Origin: Octopus bimaculoides
Lineage: Eukaryota
Assembly: GCF_001194135.2 (NCBI RefSeq)
Contig: NC_068992.1
Span: forward strand, 7,615,975-7,667,560
Length of the DNA stretch: 51,586 nucleotides
Direction of reading: 5' to 3'
Shown here: piece by piece, positions 36,499 through 47,600 of the stretch
How the letters are laid out: every line of letters starts with the position of its first letter
Numbering within the stretch: position 1 is the stretch's first letter
Notes under the pieces: model-generated
Database searches by the model: none
Seen by the model: only the letters and a program-made list of their open reading frames with translations
Told to the model about the DNA's origin: nothing
Position numbers and translations under genes: made by a program

Positions 36499-38251
36499 TG
36501 CAGTTTGATATATAAATTAAGACTTCATCATCATCATCGTTTAACGTCCGCTTTCCATGCTGGCATGGGTTGGACAGTTTGACTGAGGGCTGGCGAGCCA
36601 GAAGGCTGCACCAGGCATCAATCTGATCTGGCAAGGTTTCTACAGCTGGATGCCTTTCCTAAGTTATATCTAAATAATTACAGCAATGGTAATAATGTCT
36701 ATAATGGGCATAGGGCTTCAATTCTGTGGGAATGGTATACTGATTGAGACTGACTCAAGTTCCTGATTGGTCATTTTCTTTTTTTGTTATTATGCCTGGA
36801 AGGTGAAGTTAACTCTGGCAGTAAGTATTCAAAATCAGAACAGAGCCATGACTAAATGGATGTTTTGTCTCTCCTGATAGAACTGGCTCTACCAATATTG
36901 CCAATGCACAGCCCTATCAATAATAATAATAATAGAAACAAATTTTGGCACAAGCCAGCAATTTCAGGAGGAGGGGATTACATTGACTCCAGTGTTCAAA
37001 TAGTATTTGTTTTATCAACCCTGAAAGGATGAAAGTCAATTCTGCCAGCTCACAGCCTTAATAATAATGATGATGATATTAATAATAATACTAATAATTA
37101 ACTTAAGTACAAGGTTACAATTTGGATGGGAGAAGTTAGTCAAATTAAACCAAACCAAATTCTTAACTAATATTTTATTTTACCAACCCCAGGAGGATGA
37201 AGTGTAATGGGGGCCAGGTCACAATTTGAACTCAGAACAAAGCTCTCCAATACTTTAATGATTCTACCAATCCACAGGCATTATGATTTCTAATACAGGA
37301 ACAAGGCCACAAATTGACTCTTCAATTTGTCTCATTGGCAGAATTGGCTCCACCAATATTACTGATGCACAGCTCTATCAATAACAATAACAATAATATT
37401 ACTTTCACACTTTGGCACAAGGCCAGCAAGGGGGCTGATTTCATTGACCCAGTGTTTAACTGGTACTCACCCTGAAAGGCCAAGTCAACCACAGTGGAAC
37501 TGAACTCTGAACGCGAAGACACACTAAATCCTGCCCAGCACGCTAACAATTCTGCCAGCTCACCACCTTATCAATAATGATAATATTGGTTTCTAAACTC
37601 AATTATATGAGCCTCAGTACATGACTGGTACTTTATTTTATTGATTCCCAGAAGGTTAAAAAATAAAAATGATCTTGGTAGGATATGAACTAAAAAAATA
37701 AGAAGCAGAACACAGGCACATAGCCCGTAATTAGGGGTCAGAAAATGTAGTTAATTAACCAGCCCCAGTACTTGAGTGGTATTTATTATTTTATCAAGCT
37801 GAGGAGAAAGAAACAAAGATGACCTTGGTGGGATTTGAACTTAGAGCATAAAGAACCAGAAAATCAATAACAACAATGATCGTTTCTTACATAGCTCTGA
37901 TGACATAGATTTACAGAGGAAGAGGAAACAGGGATTTGGGAATTTCATGTATTTATCAAAGGATACTATTAGGTTAGTAAAATGGCTCCAAGTTGGAATC
38001 AAAACTAGATTTGTCAAGAACTTATTTGTTACATTATGGCACACAGTAGTAGTAGTAGTAGTAGTAATTTCTTACATGGACACAAGGTTACATGTTTGAG
38101 GGAATGGAGCAGTCAATTATATTGATCCCTGTCTTTGGCTGAATAATAATAATAGTTTCAAATTTTGCCATAAGGGCAGCACTTTTGGGGGGAGGGATGA
38201 GTTGATTACATGGGTCCCAGTGTTCAACTGGGACTTATTTTATTGACTCCG

Positions 38252-38287
<36 letters not shown>

Positions 38288-38449
38288 GTTGATACTAATA
38301 ATAATGATTCTTTAAAGTGGAATGAGAATAAATAGTAAAATTTGCTCGACTTTTAAAAATATGTTTTTCAAATGTCCAAAGTTCACAGTACATATATTTT
38401 TATTGATTTTTTTCTTTTTTAAATATTTGCTTAATGTCCATAGTGTCAA

Positions 38450-38637
38450 TCAAGTCTTCCTTGTAATTCTGTAGTCATCTTCGTCATCTGAATTATTCAA
38501 TGGGTCTATCTCATGATCACTGTCCTCAGTATTTAAAGGGTTGAAGCCTTTGTGTCGGTCAATCAGAAGGTTACCAAAAAATGACCTGTGTTGATGACCA
38601 GCCATGCTTCTCCTGTAGTCGCAACATTTTAACTTGC
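38450..38637 (-). CDS. PAL: PAL terminal exon, cytosolic tail
   Basis: TTTGTAG acceptor; KGFNPLNTEDSDHE resembles vertebrate PAM KGFDRVSTEGSDQE (recalled); acidic tail; TGA stop. Confidence 0.88.
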
Positions 38638-41600
38638 CTACAAAGTATAAACAAAAGAGAAAAAAAGAAACATTGTCATTGACCAGTAATTTATATCTCA
38701 GATAAGCATAACACAATCAGGCCAGGGTTAAAGAAACACCCATGGCTTTTGAGTGTTACAGAATGGATATTACAAATATTGCAATCTTACAGCTGGAAAA
38801 ATCACCCCACCCCCCACTACGTATATATTATTTATTTTACATTGCTTTTTATAGACAATAGAATGGTTGGTTATAGGTTTTCAAAGGACCAATCACTAAT
38901 TCACAATATATATATATATACAAAGCAGAGATTGACAATGAAGTGACTGTGCAAGTAGGACAAAACAAATCGTATTTTTGCTTGAAAGTACTGATTTACA
39001 TATTCTGCTGATGTGCATCACACAGTTGTCATTGATCAAATTCCACTCATGAAACATAACCCAAAGCTATAGTAAGAGGCACTTGCTCAAAGTGTTGAGC
39101 AATGGAATTGAAACCAGAATCATATAGTTACACAGTGAACTTCTTCTTAACCACACAGCCAAACAGTTGCACCTAAACGAAGAGATAGTACGTATCCTTT
39201 ATATACAATGGTAACGGCAGCAGATCTGATCAAACCAAGGAAACTGGTTCAAATCAGGTCAGGTATGAGGGCACATGCCTTTGCAGTGTGTTACTACGTT
39301 CACTGTCTGTCAGTCTATTCCCAGGTCCTCCTGGGTGACCCATCCAGCAGAGTCCCAGCCAGTCCCCATCTCCCTCAGACACCTCCTCATCTGCCATGAC
39401 CTTGTAGCATGTGGTCAATCAGTATTAACTGTCAGCCCAGCCAGATTCTCAGTGAAGAGGACACAGTAAGTTTGGCCTAACTGTGGTATGATTAAGATTT
39501 TTTTTTCCCCATTACTAATACTATCCATTAATCACAACTCCAGTCAGAAGAATCAGCATTTGGAAAGTTTTTTTAAAGCTTCCAACGAGAGGAGATATGA
39601 TTGGAACTCTGAATGCACAGCTAATATATTTGTAGTAGCGCGAAATTATGGCTGCCGTTAAGGAAGTACAATCTACGCATGCGCAAGGGACTTGCCTGCC
39701 CAGAAGCCCCTCGAGTGCGCATGCGTAGTAAAACCACTACTTAAAGCACTTCTTTTGTTTTCTAACCCTCTTTAGCACAATGCCTTCGATGTGACAGCAA
39801 CTTGCTCCTCTGAGATGCCTCAACGAAGCCTTTAACCTTCCAAAGCCGATTACAAGTTAACCAGTGGCTGCCAGGCTGAATAACACAGGGTTTGTAAAAC
39901 CAAGCATCACCAAAAATTAAACTTATTTTTATTGTGTTGTTAATTGTTCCACTGTTTCCTTAATATATAATTTTGTTGAAAGGTGATAGAGAGAGGCTAA
40001 AGTCTCAATTGCAACTATCAACCTTTTACATATTTAATGTACAGAGCATTAAATATTCAAACTAGAAAAAAATTAGAATGTGTGGAGTAAAAATATTAGT
40101 CAGTGCCAAATGTAGGAGACAACTGAAAATGTGCTTGTACTTTTTCCTGATTTTCTTAGACAATAAAATCCTATTGTAACTTGCTTAGTGAGTAGTAAAC
40201 AAACAGCAAAGTAAATATACAGAAATGATTAATTAATGGAGTAGAATAATAGACTAGTTTAGAAACGAACCATTTCATAGACATGAAATACGAGTCTTTA
40301 GATGGTTACTTGACCTGCAAGAAATAGCAACCGGTTTGGATGCTTTTGATCATAGGTCTGCTCTAGCAGGGATTGATGTGGGACAAAACAAAAACAAGAT
40401 TATTCTTTATAGAAGAAATAATTTCATGAGAGTCTAACAAAAGTGTAAAGCCTCACCTGCATGATAGTAACGCACGAAAACAGTTATGAGTACTATGAAA
40501 AACATAGGGGCGACCAAGAGGCTACCGACAATGACTGAAGCCTTGAAATTTGAATCAGAGGTACTTTCCAGCCCATTGTCAAGCAGTGGAACATTTTCGG
40601 TCACCATAGGCTGAGGGATTTCATTCTTTTTAGACAAATATCCTACAAATAAATATTTCAAAAATAAAATAAACATTTATAGAAACGTTTATCCATGCAT
40701 GTATATGCATAGCATATACACAAAATACAAACATAAATTTATTGATTTGTTCCAACCAGACACAGAAGGTAAGTGTTATAATCCTTTAACCCTTTCGTTA
40801 CTATATTTCTGGCCAAAATACACCCCTCATGAGTTTCAATTAAATTCTAAAATAATCATGAATTTAGACTAGTCTCATTAAACACCTGTAGCTTTTTTAT
40901 TTATCAATATATTAATGTGATATTTGGAACATAATTGAAGAAAGGGTTCTTAATCAATTCTATTGCATAATTTTTGTCTCAAAGTTCTCCACGTACTGGG
41001 GTACTGCTAATGTCTCTCACATGTAAATATTGGTTCAGCTTCACGAATTGTACTCGCATCATAATACTGGAAACACATTAATCGCCAACAGTCTACTTTG
41101 TACTTGGATACTTCATGTATGTCACTTTACTTATAGTGACTAAGTTATTCCATTTGTCATGTGGGAGGGAGTTTACCATTATTACTAATTCCCTATAACA
41201 TCTCCCCTTTTAAGTTTTTCTTAGGAAATGTCATTTTATTTAGCAACAATTTTTTTTTTATTCACCTCATCTCCCTTTTGTGAGAATTTTTCGTACAATT
41301 TAATATTTTTGCACTTGGCATCTATTTTCAGGAACTCTGTACGTTTTATTTTCCTCTCCCTTTTATGCCTGGGTTCAATCACCTGTAGTGGCATTGGTAC
41401 TTGGAACATATTGTACAACCATTCCAACAATTCCTCCAACTTCTTTAGTTCACTTTCCATGAATCTCTTTTTTTAGTCGGTCTCTCTTTTGTATGACTTT
41501 TCTACTTTTTAACCAATACATCATTTTATCTATACATTTGGTAATTATGCCATCGTCCCAACTCTTCTTTCCATTCTTGTGTACACCTTTCCATCGGTTT

Positions 41601-44600
41601 TAAAGAATCTTGTTATGTCTTCTCTGACATTTTTTATTTTCTTGCCAGGCAGCAATTTATCAAAGACTGATTTTACTTTCCTTGCAAACATCAACTCCAC
41701 TGGTGAGCTACCTGCTGGTGTATTTGGATTTGGTGTCACATGGTACACTCTTAGAAATTGTTGTACATCTACCTCATCCATAACTTCCTTATTCAATTTT
41801 CTAAGGGCTCTTTTGAAGGCATTGACAAAGTGTTCTGGCTGTCCATCAGATCTGTGATGGTATGGCGCTGTAGTTATATGTTTTACCACAAACGTTTCAC
41901 AAAATTTTTTAAGTTTCACAGATGCAAATTGCATTCCATTGTCAGACACTATCTTGTCTGAGATGCCAAATCTTGCAAACAATTCATGTAAAGAATTTAT
42001 GGCCGTTTTGAGAAACTATCAACTACCACTAAGAAGTAAGAACCATTTAAAGGACCATTGAAATCGATGTGTAGTCTCAACCATGGAACATCTATTATTG
42101 AACAACGTTTACTTTTTATCGTGGACAATTTTTCATTTTGTTTTCACTTACATACAAGTGTTCCACTGTTTTACTGCAATCTTAGCTTTTGCTCTTTGTT
42201 TCAGTCCTTTGGCTTCATTTGAACCTTTGACTGACCCAACTATATTTCCATACAGAACACTTTTGGAAATAAAAATTAAGAAATAAAAATTAAGAAATAG
42301 AAATGCCAGATCAGACTGGAGCCTGATGCAGCCTCCTGGCTCTCCAGTCCTCAGTCAACCCATCCAACCCATGCCAGCATGGAAAGCAGACATTAAACAA
42401 TAATGATGATGTTCATACCAGAAATATTGGGAGTTGTCATCTGTAGCTTCCAGACTGTTTTAGCCAATAAGTCGCCAACATACACTGCATGGTTCTTATT
42501 ATCAACACTGATATCGTGAGGAAAGCCTAGACCCTGCAAATAACAAGAGGATAAATGAAACATAAAAAACATTTTGATCTCATTGTCATTTATGTGAACC
42601 AAACTAATTAACTGTCTCTAATTAAAGAAATGCTACATTATTGCTTGTTCTGCTGGTGTAGGTATCTTTTCAGTTTGAGTAGAGAAATTTTAGAGCTTTA
42701 TCACAGCATGCACGACAGTTCCAGAGACTCATGATTGTCATTGGAGACCTGATATGCCATACTTGTAAGGGCTTCATGTGCAAAACAGTTGCATACAGTC
42801 CAGTGTGCACACAAGCATCCATTCATCATCAGTAGCTGCAACAGTAATAATTGTTGTCATCATCACCTCTCTCAGCTGTGTTTAAATTCTATTTTCTCAT
42901 GCAAGCATGCATTAGTCAGATCTGTCAGAAACCATAACTCAATGTTGATAATGATGGTGGTGGTGATAAAGATGAGGATGATGATAATAATGATGTAGAT
43001 AATGGCACTAATGATAAGATTGATACTGATAATAATGAGGTAGAAATGAGTTGAGTTTACTTGTCAACCAGATAGCTTTGGGTTCAATTCCACAGTACTT
43101 TGAACAAGTCTATCACATGTGATGCACACAGTGACTTCACCATTTGTAACTGTGCCGTGACTAGTGGTGCTTGTTGACATTTCCAGCCAACAAATTATCT
43201 ACTTGCTTTCAAATTCCTCTGGAAACAATTGCTTTGCTTGAAAAACAAGTAAGGTTTGGTGACAAAATGAACAACCTGCTATAAAAAAATCCTTCCTCAA
43301 CTATTTCTCCTGTCTAACCATTACTAGTATGGAAAACAAACATGAAACAAATGAATGAATGGTGATGGAGGTGATGACTGATAGTGTTACTGATGATGAT
43401 GATGATAATCATGATGGCACAGGTGGGGGTGGGGTAGAGAAAACAAGAAGGAGAGATTCTTTTTAACTAACATTATCAAAACCAATACAAACCTTTGGAC
43501 AGTTCCATGAGGATAGCAATATGCCTGTTTTTATGTCGATAGCAAACACTTTGCAAGGTCTCTTAGTGTGGTTTTGTGGACCATTCACAGCGAATAAAAT
43601 TCCACCTGAAATAAATATAATCTCACAAATAAGATACAAATCATAACATATCTAAACAGTTTAAAAGGACTTTGAAAGTTTTATTGAAAAACTAAGTAGT
43701 TATAAATACATCCTACACTGTATACTATTATAGTAAAGTGAGCATTACCAAAATATAGTTAACCAAGACATTTCTAATTAATTAATATTACACCCTTAGT
43801 AATGTAAAAAGATAATTATCTAAATTATATCCGACAAGTGTTGGACAAAATGCTTCGTGGCATTTGTTCCAACTCTACATTCTGAGTTCAAATCTTGCCA
43901 AGGTCAACTTTGCCGTTTAACTTTTTGGCATCAACAAAATAAAGTACCTGCCAAGTACTGGAGGTCATGTAATTGATTTGTCACCTCTCCTCAAAATTGC
44001 TGACCTTGTGCTAAAATTAGCAGGAATCTGTGACATATATGCATTTTATCCTTTCAGTATTGATAACAAAGTATCAGACTGGTAGATTAGTGAAGTTCTT
44101 TGAAGATCAGGTGATAATATTTATTGCAGCTCTGTGCTTTCTGAGTCCATATCCCACCTCCTGTTGCCAGAAATGGTGACACTTTTATCTGACAACCTGA
44201 CTCGGAGAAAGAAAACTGTGAAATTATATTATGCAACTACAACAGTCTAGCAACTTGTGAGGGAGGAGTAATGTCAAATAAAATTGATGTATGAAATGAC
44301 AATCAACTAGCATAAAGGGAGAGTGCTTTCATGTGTGTGTGTGGATGGGAAGTCTGCGAATTTGCAGAGAAATTGTGTGTGTGAGTGGGAGTGTTTGATC
44401 CCCATCACCACTTGACAACCAGTGTTGGTGTGTTTAGGTCTTCATAACTTAGCAGTTCAGCAAAAATGACCAATAGAATAAGTATCAGTCTTTAAGAACA
44501 AAAAAGAATAGTGGGGTCAATCTGTTTAAGTAAAATCTGTCAAAGCAGTGTCTCAGCATGGCTGCAGTTTAAGAACTGAAACAGGTAAAAAAGATAAGAT

Positions 44601-47600
44601 AAATAAAATGTTGACTTCTGATAGATTTGAACTCAGAACCATGAAGTAGCACATAGAAATATATAATATTCACCGGAATACTCTTGTCTTTCCTTTAAGT
44701 CATTTTAATATTGCAATGTTAATTATTTTGACACTTGCCTGCCTGAAATTGCTTCACACTTTTTAAAAGTGTTCACATTTAAATTAAAACTTCCTATCAT
44801 AATTTTATGCAAGAACTTTTGATGAAATTAAATTTCAAACACCAATTTCATAAGAAAAATTTAATTATTTTAAGAAATCCATCAAAATTCTTTACATATT
44901 ATTTACAAAATTAATTAAAACACCCAGATTAAACTGTGTCTCAATAGAAATATTCACAAAACAGTTAAGCAAAATTAAAACTGAACATCAGCTAACTTCC
45001 TTTATTACAAAAACAAGCTTCAATTAAGTAAATTCTATGTCCTCTTTTATGTTGTGAGTTTTGTATAAAAGGTAAAAAGAAAATTTTTCCTACCGTGCTG
45101 ATAGCAATAGTCGACGGAATATATTACATAGCCAAATTCTTTCAGATGAATTTGCTTATTAAATTTTCCAGTTAAATCAAAGCATTGTATACGTCCATTT
45201 CCTCTGTCACTAGCACAAACCAATCCTTTATCTTCAGCAACAGTAACAGAATGTACAATGAAGAATACAAATGGTGCAGGGAATCCATCAGCTGAACAAA
45301 TATAAACAATATTCAGATGAAAAGATATGCTATTTCTATTCCATAAAAGCAAATCATACTCTCTAATAGTGACCTATTTCATATACTATAAACAGAAAGC
45401 AGAAAAGTAAATTGTACACTGATATACTTAATGTTGTGAACCAAATTTCACTTAATTGAAATCTCACAGCATTATCTTAATGTATAACACTGATCATGAA
45501 ATACAGAGGAGACAACTCTAGAATGTAAATTAAAATAGATAACATTGAGCCAAGAGAAAGTCTGATTTTCAGCAGTATATTGACAACCCTGGACATGTTT
45601 CAGATTTGGTATGCCTCATCAGCAAAGTACAGTCTCCCCATTATTGCCAGATCATAGATGATACCCTGACTTTCTGCTAGGGGAAGAAGTGTTGGGCCTC
45701 ACAGAGGCAATGACAAATGACTGAGACTCTCAGCAATATGCTGTGCTTGAGTAGAAGACCCATCAAGCCAAGTGAAATTGGAGTTGTGGCAGATACTGGT
45801 GTCGCACAACTGGCACGTAAAAGCACTCATTACACTCTTGGAGTGGTTGGTGTTAGGAAGCAAGGACATCCAGCTGTAGAAAACCATGCCAAATCCAACT
45901 GGAGTCTGTGCAGCCCCTCACCTTACAAGCCCTGGTCAAACTGTCCAACCCATGCCAACATGGACAACAGATGTTAAATGATGATGATCCCTCTCGCTGT
46001 AGCCACATTATCTATTGATACACTCATACCTCTCTTAAGTTTTCCATTTCTATGATACAAATTTGCTCAAACTCAGAAATAATTGCAGTTAAGAAAAGTA
46101 GGCATAAAAGGAGTTGAATTTCAAGACAAATTACAGCAGTCATTTGTAAACAGGGGCTGGACATGATATTTAATACTCACATTGTAGAGTTGAATCACTG
46201 TGGCCCCACTCATCAAGGAACATACCTTCTTTTGAGAATTTCATTATTCTTGAATTGCAATATCTGTAAAAACAGAAAAACGATTTTAATAGGATTTACA
46301 GTTAACAGAAAAATTAATCTTTTCACATAGTGATTGTGATGAAAAATTTTAATAGAGGTGGGGATAGGGTAAAAGATAGGATAACTAGGTCTTCTGTTTG
46401 TCTTTAATACAAATTTTTACCAGCCAAACGAAGTCGAGCAATGTGAAGTGAAATGCCATGCCTAGAGACAATACACTTCCGGGACTGGCAATTGAACCCA
46501 TAACCTCATGATCAAGAGCCCCGCGGTTGGTAACTATGACAAACAACTTCACTAATTAGGAAATATGCTTCACCATAATTCTATAATGAGTATCAAACTC
46601 TAAGGTGCCTTTAGCAGAGTTTATTCTTTCCAAGAATTCTGGCCAGTTTAGAAGATACTTCCACCCTTCTTCCTATCACTATATAATGAAAAAAAAAAAG
46701 TATTTTTGATATTTTGTTTTTAATTGTCATCTTTTCTTTATCCCGATTGATCTTCTTCACTTTATGTACTCTTTATTATCTTCTTTATTTTTACTTTACA
46801 TCTATCTTCATCATTATCATCATGATTCATGTTATATTTCTTCTCATAAGCTTCATTTTTGCTTGACTTCAACATTCTCCATCTGTAAATCATACATATT
46901 AGATCTTCCCAGTGCAGTCAAATCTCAAGAAAATGCCCTAAATCTCACAATTGTTTATATTTACCATCCTGCCCAAACTAAAGACAGCAGGTTGTCTTAA
47001 ATGTAGGTGATTTGAAGGAAATTTGGCTGCTATTTCTAACTGATCAAGTGACCATGCTCTCTCTGTAAACCTGCAAGTTATTATCATTTGCCATTAGCTC
47101 AGTGTTTTTCAGCCTTTTTACTCTTGCATAACCCTTAAAATAAAATACATGTCTCAAGGAACCCCTGCACAAAAAAACTATATGCCTTATGGTGCAGCAA
47201 ATGAAGTCTGTATACCAGATATTCTAGGAAAGGATTTGCACTAGATGTTCAAGAGTAGTCTCCTCCCACCGTCTCTGAATAAGCATGAAATCCAAGAGTA
47301 AAATCAAATGAACAGGCTCTGTAGACAATGACAGAGAATCAAATATGACCACATTTTTTATAATACTAAGCTACCAGTCAAAAGACCAACAACTATGCTG
47401 TATAACTGACAAATAATATAGTAGCTTGTTTAATGCTAACAAATTCCATAGTGTATATAAGTGTTTTGTAAAATTAAGGTTTTGATACTGTGTCATTGTC
47501 ATTTCCCCACATTTACAGAAGCATCTTCAAGATATTCTCTCAATTACAAGATCACTCATTTCCTGAGTGGCTATGGATGTTTGTGTCAGAGGTTTATTTT

